A stretch of 63,820 nt of DNA, filler included, from a bacterium (GTDB lineage: Bacteria; JAJRZV01), in the NCBI GenBank assembly GCA_024275095.1. It is 4 parts of 4 records of this genome, joined end to end, with 100 filler letters (N's around TTAATTAATTAA, not from the genome) between each part and the next. Parts side by side here need not be neighbours in the genome. Positions count along the whole stretch, not along the records: positions 1 to 30,170 come from JAJRZV010000005.1; 3 more parts are not named here. One strand, written 5' to 3'. Of the stretch, positions 8,683-18,396 are shown piece by piece. Both the position numbers and the translations under genes were made by a program. Position 1 is the first letter of the stretch. Every line of letters begins with the position of its first letter. The notes under the pieces are model-generated. The model saw only the letters and a program-made list of their open reading frames with translations. It did no database searches and was not told the origin of the DNA.

Positions 8683-10929
8683 TCACCAGAGATTCTTTAT
8701 CAACACATTGTGAGAGTTAAGTATATCGTGGCCGGGTTGCGGCCATTCGGGGATGTTAGATGTTGGATAAAATTTTCCAAAAGCTGTTACTTTTCCTCCA
8801 CCAACTGCGATAATTTCATAAGCTCCGTCGTTATTGAAATCTACAACTGAAGCTTTGAAAAACTGAGAGCCTTCCCCGGCCTTGCAAATGGTTTCGCCGG
8901 TTAAACCATCAAGCACATAGATGGCATCGTTTGGAAAAATTACGTCCTCTATTCCGTCTCCGTTCATATCGGCTGTAACTATTTTCATATTTGTTCTTGC
9001 TGGGGTTAAATCTTCTCTTTCCCAGAATGGATTCCCGAATGGAGTAAAGACCTGCAGGTGGCCCCCGAAGCTTCCCGTGATTATCTCAAGTCGTCCGTCG
9101 TTGTTGAGGTCTGCGATGACAGGGGTTCCGAAGAAGTTTTTGGAACTTACCGCGGATACCTTTCTCCATTGAATACTGTAATTAGAGTCTAAAACAAAAA
9201 TTTCACTTTTGGCCTGTCCTGCAAAATAATTTTGAGATGAATATATTACTGCTTCTAAATAGTTGTCTCCATCTATATCCCCAAGAACAGGCGCTGCATA
9301 GGAGCCATTCAGTAAATAATGGAAATATTCTATGTTCCCGGTTTGGGCATTTATTACCAAAACTCTTCCAGGAGGCCATGCTCCCTGGGTTATAATAATT
9401 TCTGATATATTGTCCTTATTTATATCTCCGATAGCCTGGCTTGCTTCCGCCCATCCTGAAAATGATAAATTCCACAGGATTGTGCCTTCAGCGGTTAGAA
9501 GATACCATTTGGCATAAGCTCCCCCTCCTGAAAATATTTCGGGCACACCGTCACCGTTTATGTCAATTATCCCTGTGGTATAAATCCTGTCGGCAAGAGG
9601 TTTTCTCAAAAACTCATTTTTTGACGCTCCATCTATAATAAGAAGTCCCCCTGTACAACAAAACGTTCCAAATCCTGTGATAATATCTTTGATTCCGTCA
9701 TTGTTGATGTCTGCAATAGATGGCTCATTAGTGGCTCCTCCGATGGATTGAGCGTTGATGTGATATGAGAACAAAACATTTCCAGTAGCTGCATCAAGTA
9801 TGTAAAGGTTACCGATGATGCTACCAGCGGACGATTGTGACCCGGTACCGACAATTACTTCAAATTTTCTATCATTTTCGAGATCGCTTATTTTTATACT
9901 TGAGGCTCCTGTAATTTGAGTCGACCACAGTTGCGTACACATGGGTGAGAGCACATGAAGTATCGCTGAACCATAAAAGTATTCCACCCAAGCTCTTATT
10001 TCAGTAGTACCTGGATTGAGCGCTGTAACAGTTCCAGAAGAAGATACCGATGCTACGTTAGGATCTGTTAAATCCCACGTAAAATCCACACATTCCACCT
10101 CTTCATTTTGCAAGGTGTAAGCAGTGGCCGAGAAGGTAAACGTCTCTTCAGTGTAGATGGTTGCTTCTTTAGGGTATACTCTCACATCTGCCAGTAAAAG
10201 TTTTTTATCACAGTGCATGGTAGCATGGCCTGCCATGTTAAAGTCCAGAGTTTGGGCACATCCCCATAAAACGGAGTCACCTTTTACTTCAACTCTTCCA
10301 TCTGTTAATATTAAACCTCTTACCGCCGCATGGCCTTTTAAATTAAACTTTCCCGATACCGCAAAGGTGAGCATTTGAGGGTTATCATTCAGGTTAATAG
10401 AGGCATTTCCTGAGACGGTCACGTTTCCGTCTACAGCTATCAACACAGGGCCGGAAAAGTTTAAGCTGGCATTGCCTGAAACTTTGACCCCTGTGAAATA
10501 ATACGTCCCTCCTTTCAAAGTAAGTGAATCGTGATTACTTAACACGAGAATTCCGTTTTGGAGAAATTGAATGGGAATGGAAGAGTTGTTGTTTTGTGTA
10601 ATCGCACTATTTATGTAATTTTGGACATAAGAAACAACAGAGGAACAATCTTCGAATTTAGCAAATTCTCCATATACTTCGGAATGGCCCTTTAGAGTAA
10701 GACCATTTTCATAATTCAAAGTTACGCTCAAGCGACTTTCGGGTGTATAAGGGGTGCAAAAGGAGTTGTAACCATCAATTGATGTTGCACCTTTTATAGC
10801 GATATCACATGCTTGAACGGCAATAAAAGCATACGCTGTTGGCTTACATATAAGTACCGAGAAGATTGAAGAAAATGTTATTAAAAGATAATAAAAGCTA
10901 AAAAAACGACCTTTTATTGATTTATTCAT
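8683..10929 (-). CDS. Secreted multidomain protein: beta-solenoid, Ig-like (Big_2-type) domain and FG-GAP/VCBS propeller
   Basis: AGGAGG RBS and signal peptide. Repeats such as SGNAS and KGHA. TW...DPNVASVSSSGTVTALNPGTTEIRA. About eight DxN/DxDG..E/D loops. Confidence 0.8.
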   Translation of the reverse strand: MNKSIKGRFFSFYYLLITFSSIFSVLICKPTAYAFIAVQACDIAIKGATSIDGYNSFCTPYTPESRLSVTLNYENGLTLKGHSEVYGEFAKFEDCSSVVSYVQNYINSAITQNNNSSIPIQFLQNGILVLSNHDSLTLKGGTYYFTGVKVSGNASLNFSGPVLIAVDGNVTVSGNASINLNDNPQMLTFAVSGKFNLKGHAAVRGLILTDGRVEVKGDSVLWGCAQTLDFNMAGHATMHCDKKLLLADVRVYPKEATIYTEETFTFSATAYTLQNEEVECVDFTWDLTDPNVASVSSSGTVTALNPGTTEIRAWVEYFYGSAILHVLSPMCTQLWSTQITGASSIKISDLENDRKFEVIVGTGSQSSAGSIIGNLYILDAATGNVLFSYHINAQSIGGATNEPSIADINNDGIKDIITGFGTFCCTGGLLIIDGASKNEFLRKPLADRIYTTGIIDINGDGVPEIFSGGGAYAKWYLLTAEGTILWNLSFSGWAEASQAIGDINKDNISEIIITQGAWPPGRVLVINAQTGNIEYFHYLLNGSYAAPVLGDIDGDNYLEAVIYSSQNYFAGQAKSEIFVLDSNYSIQWRKVSAVSSKNFFGTPVIADLNNDGRLEIITGSFGGHLQVFTPFGNPFWEREDLTPARTNMKIVTADMNGDGIEDVIFPNDAIYVLDGLTGETICKAGEGSQFFKASVVDFNNDGAYEIIAVGGGKVTAFGKFYPTSNIPEWPQPGHDILNSHNVLIKNLW

Positions 10930-10961
10930 TAATTCCTCCTTTTAAAATTTATTTGGACATT

Positions 10962-10990
10962 AAAATAAAAAATTTTTGATGTAATGTCAA
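10962..10990 (-). promoter_or_regulatory. Sigma70-type promoter for the FG-GAP gene, overlapped by inverted repeat GACATTA-N19-TAATGTC (10956-10988)
   Basis: Minus strand reads TTGACA-17 nt-TATTTT, upstream of AGGAGG and the ATG. Confidence 0.55.
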
Positions 10991-11138
10991 GGATTTTTTA
11001 TAGATTGCTCTAACAGCTAAGATTCACTATGCAAGCATTCTTCAAGTTTCGGTATGCCTCGGCGATATTTTTAAAACTTGCTTTAAGTCACAAACATTGC
11101 CCGTGATTTCTTGTATTCTGCGCAAGGTATTGGTATGG

Positions 11139-11167
11139 TTGACTTAATAAGGCAGGAAGGGTATAAA
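11139..11167 (+). promoter_or_regulatory. Sigma70-type promoter
   Basis: TTGACT-17 nt-TATAAA upstream of GGAG and ATG 11196. Confidence 0.55.
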
Positions 11168-11195
11168 GTAACATTTTTAAACGGAGAAAACGGCA

Positions 11196-12104
11196 ATGCA
11201 TAATTCAAAAGAATTATTTTCAATGTTTAAGTGCGTTGATTGTGGGTGTGATTTCGTCGAAAAATTATCAGAAACACGCGTTAAATGTGAAAAATGTGGT
11301 AGAATATTCAAAAAAGAAGATGGAAGCTGGAATTTTCTTCCATGTGGAGAGGTTCCTTTACGTGTCTCAATAGAAGAAAAATGGTTGGCTCATGAAGATC
11401 GGGGGGTTAGTTTCAGGGTGGCCAACTGGCTCATTCCCCTTATTAAAAGGAATTTTGGAGAAAAGAAGGTAACGATCCTTTCTGTTGGGTGCGGAACAGG
11501 CATTGATGTACAAATGTTAAATAATGAAGGTTACGATGCCTACGGGATAGATATAGGTACGCGAGCCTCCAGATGGCAAAGAAATCCCTGGAGAGAAAAA
11601 ATATTATTTGCAAGGGGGGAGGTTCTTCCTTTCATAGACGGAGTTTTTGATGTTGTATATTCATGGGGGGTGATAGAGCACGTTGGACAGAAAGGGGCCA
11701 GAAGTGTTGGAGATGAATATCTCAAACAGCGTGAAAACTTTTTAACTGAACAGGTGAGGGTGCTAAAGAAGGGGGGCATAGGAATCGTTACCTGTCCTAA
11801 CAGGTGGTTCCCTTTTGATCCTTTCCATGCTCGCCCGGGAAGGCCTGCGTTAAATTTTCCATGGAATAGATTTTTGCTTTCTGTAGGTGATGTTAAACGT
11901 CTTTTGCGGTCCAGAGACGATATTGCTCAATGGCAAGTGGTGTCACTTAAAGGATATTTCATTTTTGAAAGATCTTTTGATACTGCTTTGAAGAAACTTT
12001 TTAAGCCGGTGATAAAAATATATACTGAACAGTTAACAGGCAATCCTTTTTTTCACAGGTCTTTTCTGAATCCACATATAGCGGTGTTGTTTAGAAAAAA
12101 ATAG
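11196..12104 (+). CDS. Class I SAM-dependent methyltransferase with N-terminal Zn-ribbon
   Basis: CVDC and CEKC pairs. ILSVGCGTG, YGID, LPF....FDVV, VIEHV and RVLKKGG motifs. Confidence 0.88.
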   Translation: MHNSKELFSMFKCVDCGCDFVEKLSETRVKCEKCGRIFKKEDGSWNFLPCGEVPLRVSIEEKWLAHEDRGVSFRVANWLIPLIKRNFGEKKVTILSVGCGTGIDVQMLNNEGYDAYGIDIGTRASRWQRNPWREKILFARGEVLPFIDGVFDVVYSWGVIEHVGQKGARSVGDEYLKQRENFLTEQVRVLKKGGIGIVTCPNRWFPFDPFHARPGRPALNFPWNRFLLSVGDVKRLLRSRDDIAQWQVVSLKGYFIFERSFDTALKKLFKPVIKIYTEQLTGNPFFHRSFLNPHIAVLFRKK

Positions 12105-12175
12105 GGAAAACTTTTTCTGGATTTCCCAACAACCTTTCTCAAGCTTTCTTTTCGCTCGGGCGGGGCGATACAGAG

Positions 12176-12625
12176 TCACACGAGGCTTTTGTGAGGCCTG
12201 CAGATGTTACAAAGTCCAAATATCTCCAGCCTGTGTGAAAGGATTTGAAACCTGTATTTATCAGCAACTTCTGTTTGTAGCCTTTCTATGCGAGGACTTT
12301 CGAATTCTATAACCCTCCTGCACCTTATGCACACCATGTGATCATGATGGTCTGTGCCCACTGTTTTCTCGAATCTTTCGGCGCGTTCGTCAAAGGAGAG
12401 CCGGGTGGCAAGCCCTGCATCCTCAATTAATTTGATTGTTCTGTAAACAGTGGAAAATCCGATCCCTGGATGTTTTTTTCTCAATTGCATGTAAAGTTCT
12501 TCCACTGTGACGTGTCCGTCAGCGCGTAGAAATGCCTTGAGGATCGCTTCTCGTTGTTTCGTGTACCTGAGCCCTTTATCCTTTATGTACTGGCGGAATG
12601 CTTCGAGGATTTCTCTTATCTCCAT
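12176..12625 (-). CDS. fur: Fur-family metal-responsive regulator
   Basis: GLRYTKQR, H.TVEE, STVYRT, HHDHMVCIRC and GLCNIC. The Fur/Zur subtype is not resolved. Confidence 0.9.
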   Translation of the reverse strand: MEIREILEAFRQYIKDKGLRYTKQREAILKAFLRADGHVTVEELYMQLRKKHPGIGFSTVYRTIKLIEDAGLATRLSFDERAERFEKTVGTDHHDHMVCIRCRRVIEFESPRIERLQTEVADKYRFQILSHRLEIFGLCNICRPHKSLV

Positions 12626-12631
12626 AACACA

Positions 12632-12661
12632 AGTTTATATTTTGTGCCTCTTTTTTTACAA
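12632..12661 (-). promoter_or_regulatory. Promoter predicted to give leaderless fur mRNA
   Basis: TTGTAA-18-TAAACT, then 6 nt to the ATG, with no SD. Confidence 0.45.
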
Positions 12662-12731
12662 CCTGTATCAAATGAAATTTAATATCACTACCTGCTGGAA
12701 CAGAAATTTTTGTGGACGGTTCCCGTTACCG

Positions 12732-12760
12732 TTGTGCTGTACCTTTGCCTGCAATAAAAT
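12732..12760 (+). promoter_or_regulatory. Promoter predicted to give leaderless moxR mRNA
   Basis: TTGTGC-17-TAAAAT, then 6 nt to ATG 12767. Confidence 0.5.
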
Positions 12761-12766
12761 GGAACT

Positions 12767-13720
12767 ATGCGCCCAGAAACAGCACCTGTATCTCAACATG
12801 AAAAGGCGCTTGAAATATATTCCTCTGTCAAGCGCGTGATCGTGGGCAAAGATGAAGAGGTGTTTCTGTTTCTTTCTGCCTTTTTTGGAAGAGGGCATGT
12901 CCTGATTGAGGACCTTCCGGGCACGGGTAAGACTACATTAGCACGGGCTCTCGCTCGGGCACTTGAGCTTTCTTTTGCAAGGATTCAATTTACGAGCGAT
13001 CTACTACCTTCAGATATTATCGGTGTAAACGTGTTTGACTCAAGGAAAGGAGAATTTGAGTTTCGCAAAGGGCCTATATTTGCCAATATTGTTCTGGCGG
13101 ATGAAATTAACCGTGCCACTCCGAAGACACAAAGCGCACTGCTTGAAGCGATGAGTGAAGAACAGGTTACCGTTGACGGGGTTACGTATCATCTCAGCAC
13201 TCCGTTTTTTGTCATTGCAACACAAAATCCTTTCGAACAGCACGGAACATATCCGTTGCCGGAGTCGCAACTCGATCGCTTCATGCTCTGGTTGAATCTG
13301 GGTTATCCATCACGAGAGGATGAAATAAAAATTATAGAGAATGATCCGGCTGAGAGAGTAGAATTTCTCGTTCAACCGGTGGCGGATGCAGATACTGTGA
13401 AACGCATAATCCAGGCCGTTGAGCGCGTGAGTGTCTCAGAAAAAATTCTCGGATACATTATGGATATTGTAGAGAAGACAAGAACGCATCCTGAAATTCT
13501 TATCGGAGCCAGTACGCGTGCAGGAATCCACCTCAGGAGGGCTTCTGCTGCATTTGCCTTTCTTAAAGGTCGTGATTTTGTAACACCAGATGACGTAAAG
13601 GCAGTGGCACCTTATGTGTTGAAACACCGCTTGGTGTGGAAGCGATGGGATGTGGACCGGTTTGACTCCAGAGCCGCGGCGATCCGGAGCATTATTGATT
13701 CAGTTTGTGTTCCTCTTTGA
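12767..13720 (+). CDS. moxR: MoxR-family AAA+ ATPase
   Basis: PGTGKT Walker A, RIQFT.DLLPSD, LADEINRA, ATQNP, LPESQLDRF. Confidence 0.95.
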   Translation: MRPETAPVSQHEKALEIYSSVKRVIVGKDEEVFLFLSAFFGRGHVLIEDLPGTGKTTLARALARALELSFARIQFTSDLLPSDIIGVNVFDSRKGEFEFRKGPIFANIVLADEINRATPKTQSALLEAMSEEQVTVDGVTYHLSTPFFVIATQNPFEQHGTYPLPESQLDRFMLWLNLGYPSREDEIKIIENDPAERVEFLVQPVADADTVKRIIQAVERVSVSEKILGYIMDIVEKTRTHPEILIGASTRAGIHLRRASAAFAFLKGRDFVTPDDVKAVAPYVLKHRLVWKRWDVDRFDSRAAAIRSIIDSVCVPL

Positions 13721-14754
13721 AGGGGCTTGAAATCAGAGGGGACTTTGATAATAACCTGAAATCCCGCTTGAGGGAGTTCTGGGAGTGGCTTGTTACACCA
13801 CCGCGACCTATCCGTATAGCCCGAAGTGGCTGGATTTATCTCTCCATTACCATCGGCGTGGGTTTTGGTGCTCTTGCATCAGGGAACAATCTGCTATTCA
13901 TCATTTTCGGGGGATTGTTGAGCATGATCGTGGTTTCAGGAGTTTTAAGCGATTTTGTATTGCGCAGTATTCATATAAAGTGGGAGTTACCCGAGGTTGT
14001 TGTTGCAGGCAAGGCTTCACATTTCAGTGCGGGAGTGACCAACAGGAAGTGGTATTTTCCCTCTATTGATTTGCACGTTGAAGTGCAGGGGGAGCGTGTC
14101 AGGTGTGAACCGGCATATTTCCCGGTAGTGGAAAAAAGACGAACCCGCTGGTCTCAGGGAGAGCTCATAATACCTTCGAGAGGTATTGTAGAAATTAAGC
14201 GAGTAAGAGCTTTCAGTCGTTTCCCCTTTCACTTCTTCGAGAAAATGCTCTACGTGAAAACCAGCGCTATGGTTTACGTGGCTCCACGGCCGGTACCGTG
14301 GGAATGGAAGACAGTATTTACAGGAGCCGAAGGGGTACATGAAAGACCTGTAAAGAAAGACGAAGGTGATGATTTGCTCAACATTCGACCTTTTGTTCCA
14401 GGGGATAACCCGCGGCTCATTCACTGGAAGCTCACGGCCCGGGTAGGCGAAGAAATGATGAAGGTGATGGGAGAGCCACCGGGAGCCACCTGTTATATCC
14501 GGCCTTTTGTTGAGGTGCCTGAAGGCCTTCAGCTTGAGCAGGTGTTGGGTAAAACACTTTACATGGCCAGGAAATTAATTGATGAGGATTGGAAGGTTGG
14601 TTTGATTCTTGGCGGAGAGGTGCTTCATCCCGCTTCTGGAAAGGGCCAGTTGTTTCAGATAATGAAAATGCTCGCTGCCTTTCGCCCTGGAGAGAGGTTT
14701 CAGCCCCCGGTGATAGGTGACGGCACTGTCTCCGTGGTAGAGGTGCGCCCGTGA
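13705..14754 (+). CDS. DUF58 family membrane protein; start uncertain
   Basis: Two N-terminal TMs with GNNLL, FPF.FF and R.F.PGD..R.IHWK.TAR motifs. Directly downstream of moxR. Confidence 0.9.
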   Translation: MCSSLKGLEIRGDFDNNLKSRLREFWEWLVTPPRPIRIARSGWIYLSITIGVGFGALASGNNLLFIIFGGLLSMIVVSGVLSDFVLRSIHIKWELPEVVVAGKASHFSAGVTNRKWYFPSIDLHVEVQGERVRCEPAYFPVVEKRRTRWSQGELIIPSRGIVEIKRVRAFSRFPFHFFEKMLYVKTSAMVYVAPRPVPWEWKTVFTGAEGVHERPVKKDEGDDLLNIRPFVPGDNPRLIHWKLTARVGEEMMKVMGEPPGATCYIRPFVEVPEGLQLEQVLGKTLYMARKLIDEDWKVGLILGGEVLHPASGKGQLFQIMKMLAAFRPGERFQPPVIGDGTVSVVEVRP

Positions 14755-16781
14755 GGTCTACCCCCAAACTGATCGTTCACGTTCTCCTCGCAGTTGGTAC
14801 CTTCAGTTTATATATGACGGGTGAGATCCCGCTGCCGATCATCGCCGTTACTGTATGTGCCTACGCTGTGAAGGTTTTTGTTAGAAGCAACGTGATGGAA
14901 GAATTTGTGGAGCGCAACCTCGGGTACCTCACCTTTCTGTTCGTTGCTGTTTTTGCAGCCGCAGTGCTGTTCAAAATAGTGAGCATTTTACACGCAGCTG
15001 CCGAGTTTATTCTCATAACCAGTGCGTTTCGCATCCTCGGCCCTCAACAAAAACGCCAGTTGAACCAGATTGTTCTTTTGTCACTTTTTGAAATTCTCGC
15101 CGCCTCAACGCTTACCGGTGATATTTACTTTGGATTCGTTGTGATTGCTTACCTCTTTATCGTGCCCTGGGCTCTTATTCTCGCTAACCTCGAGGGAGAG
15201 CCAGCATCACAGGAGATACAAGATCGCCTGAACCGTCCTGACTTCGTATTTTTCCTGTCAGGTTTTTCCACAATGGCAGCAGTGATGACGGCCATGTTCT
15301 TTTTTATTTTTCCGCGCTTCACGCTTTCCCTGGTAAAGCCTGTAATGCTGGAGGAGCACTTCGTGGCGGGTTTTTCAGATGAGGTAAAACTCGGTGACAC
15401 CGGAAAAATCCTGCAGAACATGCCTGTGGTGATGCGATTTGTGCCTCATTCTTCAGATGGATGGAAAGACAAGGTTTTCTATCTGAGGGGAAGGGTATAC
15501 ACCGTATATCAACAGGGCTTATGGAAAAGAAGCAATTACAAAGTAAGGTCGGTCAGGCGCGTCAACGCCAGAGACGTGTACCTGGAAAAGAGCCCGTTCG
15601 CTGGTCATGAAAGCGCTGCAGATATCTACTTCGAGGTGCTTTTTACAGACAACCTCTTTGTTCCTTACGGAACAGTGTATTTGTCCCGTCTCAAAAAAGC
15701 CCTCAGCACCAACGACGTGTGGGAGTTGTTTCCCCGGGCTGGCATGGGCGTTCCGCCGGTTTATACTGTGGAAGGATCACTGCTTCAGCAAAATTACATC
15801 CTTCCACCGGTATATGACGAGCCCCCCGAATATAATCTTTTTATTTCTTCCCAGTTGAAAGAGGAATTAAAAGAAGTTGTTACACGTTCCTGGGGGGTGG
15901 ATTTTTCCTCAATTGGACCTGACGATGTCGCCAGATATTTGAAAAAGCATTATTCATACACTTTAAAAATAGAACGCAGGGACCTGCAGGAAGACCCTGT
16001 AATAGACTTTCTCGTGCACGTGAGAAAAGGACACTGCGAGCTATTTGCCTCGGCCATGGTCCTTATTTTGCGTACCCTTGGTATTCCTGCGCGATTCATC
16101 ACAGGATTCCTTGTGCATGAATGGAATGACATCGGAGATTATTTTGTTGTTCGCGAGAGAAATGCACACACGTGGGTGGAGTATTTTGACGGTCAATACT
16201 GGAGAGCCATTGATCCGACACCCACTGCAGAATTGATCTCAGTGAAAAGTGCGGGTACCCTGTGGGAATTTTTTGATACTTTGAAGCTCTGGTGGATGGA
16301 ATATGTGCTTGAGTATTCTTTAAAAAAGCAGATGGAGTTTGTCCAGCGCGCGGGTGTGAAAATTACCCGTGGGGGAGAAGGACGAATTGCACGCATTTAC
16401 GAATGGGTAAGGGCTCATAACCGGCTGGTTGTGGTGATACTGGTATTTGCGGGCATAGCCTTTTTCTTCTGGAGAAAAACAGGCAGTGCTTTTCCACGGA
16501 TAAGGCGGCGTTCTCCATTGGGAAAAGTTGCAGGAGAATACGTAAAAATTCTCCGCGAAATTGCACGAGCATCGGGAATTCAATACAGTCCGGGTGAGAC
16601 ACCGCTGGAATATTTGAGAAAGGTAAGGCATTTGCTTGACGCGGATTTCGAGGCTGAACTCTATTCAGCGACTCAAAAGTTTTACTTGATGGTTTACAGG
16701 GGTATAAACTGGCCTGAAGCACTGAGTGTGTTTGGTCGGCTTAGAAAGAGAGTTCGAGAGTCCGTAAGGAGGCCTTGTTGA
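14751..16781 (+). CDS. Membrane transglutaminase-like protein (TgpA-type, DUF3488 + TG + DUF4129-like)
   Basis: Multi-TM N-terminus, FPR, GFS..V.LG. Catalytic triad motifs GHCELFAS, AHTWVE and DPTP. Confidence 0.92.
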   Translation: MRSTPKLIVHVLLAVGTFSLYMTGEIPLPIIAVTVCAYAVKVFVRSNVMEEFVERNLGYLTFLFVAVFAAAVLFKIVSILHAAAEFILITSAFRILGPQQKRQLNQIVLLSLFEILAASTLTGDIYFGFVVIAYLFIVPWALILANLEGEPASQEIQDRLNRPDFVFFLSGFSTMAAVMTAMFFFIFPRFTLSLVKPVMLEEHFVAGFSDEVKLGDTGKILQNMPVVMRFVPHSSDGWKDKVFYLRGRVYTVYQQGLWKRSNYKVRSVRRVNARDVYLEKSPFAGHESAADIYFEVLFTDNLFVPYGTVYLSRLKKALSTNDVWELFPRAGMGVPPVYTVEGSLLQQNYILPPVYDEPPEYNLFISSQLKEELKEVVTRSWGVDFSSIGPDDVARYLKKHYSYTLKIERRDLQEDPVIDFLVHVRKGHCELFASAMVLILRTLGIPARFITGFLVHEWNDIGDYFVVRERNAHTWVEYFDGQYWRAIDPTPTAELISVKSAGTLWEFFDTLKLWWMEYVLEYSLKKQMEFVQRAGVKITRGGEGRIARIYEWVRAHNRLVVVILVFAGIAFFFWRKTGSAFPRIRRRSPLGKVAGEYVKILREIARASGIQYSPGETPLEYLRKVRHLLDADFEAELYSATQKFYLMVYRGINWPEALSVFGRLRKRVRESVRRPC

Positions 16782-16866
16782 GTGTTTTGTGGAACAACGG
16801 CTGGAATCCTGGACAAAAATCATTGCGGGTGTGAGCAAAATCTGAGATTTTAAGCATTAGCGAAAG

Positions 16867-17823
16867 ATGAAAATTACAGGGCTGAAAATCGGTCACGTGG
16901 ATAACAGGGAGTGGGGTACGGGGGTTACCGTGTTTATTCCCGATGAACCCTGTACCTGTGCGCTTCACGTTCACGGATTCGCCCCGGGAACGCGACAGGT
17001 GGATTCTCTTTCTCCAGACCATATTGTAGATCGGGTTGATGCTGTTCTTTTCTGCGGGGGCAGCGCTTACGGCCTTGATGCTGCCTCCGGGGCCATGGAA
17101 TATTTCAGAGAAATGGGACGAGGCATGGTTTTTGGAAACTTTACGGTGCCCATAGTACCTACAGCTGTCATTTTCGACCTCTTTTTTAAAGAACCACATC
17201 CTCCAACGCCGGAGATGGTAAAAAAGGCGTGCCAGATAGCGGATTATGAAGTGGAGTGCGGGAGTGTAGGAGTGGGGTGTGGTGCGACTGTGGGTAAGGT
17301 GCTTACTGTAAGATACGGAACCAAAGGAGGTTTTGGAGCAGCACAGCACCGTATCGGTGATGCCGAAATTAACGTTTTTATCGTGCTTAACGCGTTTGGA
17401 GACATACTGCATCCGGAGACGGGCTCCGTTATCGCAGGTGCTCGAAAGCCCGATGATGAAAGTCAGTTTCTCAACACGGAGAAATTCCTGTGTGAAGGTG
17501 GAAAACCTTACGTGTACCCTGGAGAAAACACCACCCTTGTATTAATTCACGTTCACGGAAGTATGGATAGAGAGAATCTCAGACGGGTTGCTGTGGCCGG
17601 GGGGGCAGCACTTGCACGGTTTATCTCCCCATCTCCCAGCATGTTTGACGGTGACGCAGTATTCGCCATATCCACAGGTACTGTGCCTGTTGATGCGACG
17701 GCTGCGGCTTCTGTGGTAAGGCGACTTGTGCCTGCTGCGGGGATTTCCGCAGTGCAGTCAGCTGATGGCATGGGTTTTTTACCGGCCTGGAGCGACCTGA
17801 AACAATTCCAAAGGAGTGGATGA
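16867..17823 (+). CDS. P1 (DmpA/S58) family peptidase
   Basis: GLKIGH, TGVTV, APGTR, GGSAYGL, GxGA, ENTT autocleavage motif and DGD. Confidence 0.9.
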   Translation: MKITGLKIGHVDNREWGTGVTVFIPDEPCTCALHVHGFAPGTRQVDSLSPDHIVDRVDAVLFCGGSAYGLDAASGAMEYFREMGRGMVFGNFTVPIVPTAVIFDLFFKEPHPPTPEMVKKACQIADYEVECGSVGVGCGATVGKVLTVRYGTKGGFGAAQHRIGDAEINVFIVLNAFGDILHPETGSVIAGARKPDDESQFLNTEKFLCEGGKPYVYPGENTTLVLIHVHGSMDRENLRRVAVAGGAALARFISPSPSMFDGDAVFAISTGTVPVDATAAASVVRRLVPAAGISAVQSADGMGFLPAWSDLKQFQRSG

Positions 17824-18396
17824 ATGAGTGTTGTAGAACGGATTGAGGTTTTGAAATCCTTACTTAAAGATAACCATGAAGAAGTGAGAAGGGCCGCCAA
17901 GGAGGCGCTTGAAAAAATCGAAGCCCGGGAAAAACTCAAGGAACTGGAAAAAATTATTACCAGCGGAGAAAAACATGACAAAATGCGCGCCATTTTTGCA
18001 CTTACTGAATACAAAGGTGAAGAAGCTGTCCCGCTTCTCGCATTGGCCCTTACAGATGATGACCCTGATGTGAGGGTTGCCGCGGTAAAGGGGCTCGGAG
18101 AGATTGCCGATCCCAGGACATATGATGAGGTAATAGAGATGCTCAAGGACCTCGATTTGAACGTTCGTGTTGAGGCTATCCGCGCGCTTGGCCGATTTAA
18201 AAATCGTGAAGCTCTCAAAATGATTCTTCCATTTCTCAAGGTTAAAAACAAACACGTACTGCTGGCAGCGGTAGAGGCCATTGGTGAGCTGGGTGACCCA
18301 CTCACGGAAAAGCCCTTGCTTTTGATGATCCGGCACAAGGATCCCGATATCAGGGCGGCAGCGGCAAGGGCTCTGGGCAACCTTCTTCCCGACTAA
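17824..18396 (+). CDS. HEAT-repeat (PBS-lyase-like) protein
   Basis: Repeated L.D....VR..A..ALG units. Confidence 0.9.
   Translation: MSVVERIEVLKSLLKDNHEEVRRAAKEALEKIEAREKLKELEKIITSGEKHDKMRAIFALTEYKGEEAVPLLALALTDDDPDVRVAAVKGLGEIADPRTYDEVIEMLKDLDLNVRVEAIRALGRFKNREALKMILPFLKVKNKHVLLAAVEAIGELGDPLTEKPLLLMIRHKDPDIRAAAARALGNLLPD

Noticed and set aside
7656-8683. Possible diversity-generating retroelement target
   Set aside because: I found no reverse transcriptase and no template/variable repeat pair differing at adenines in the window.
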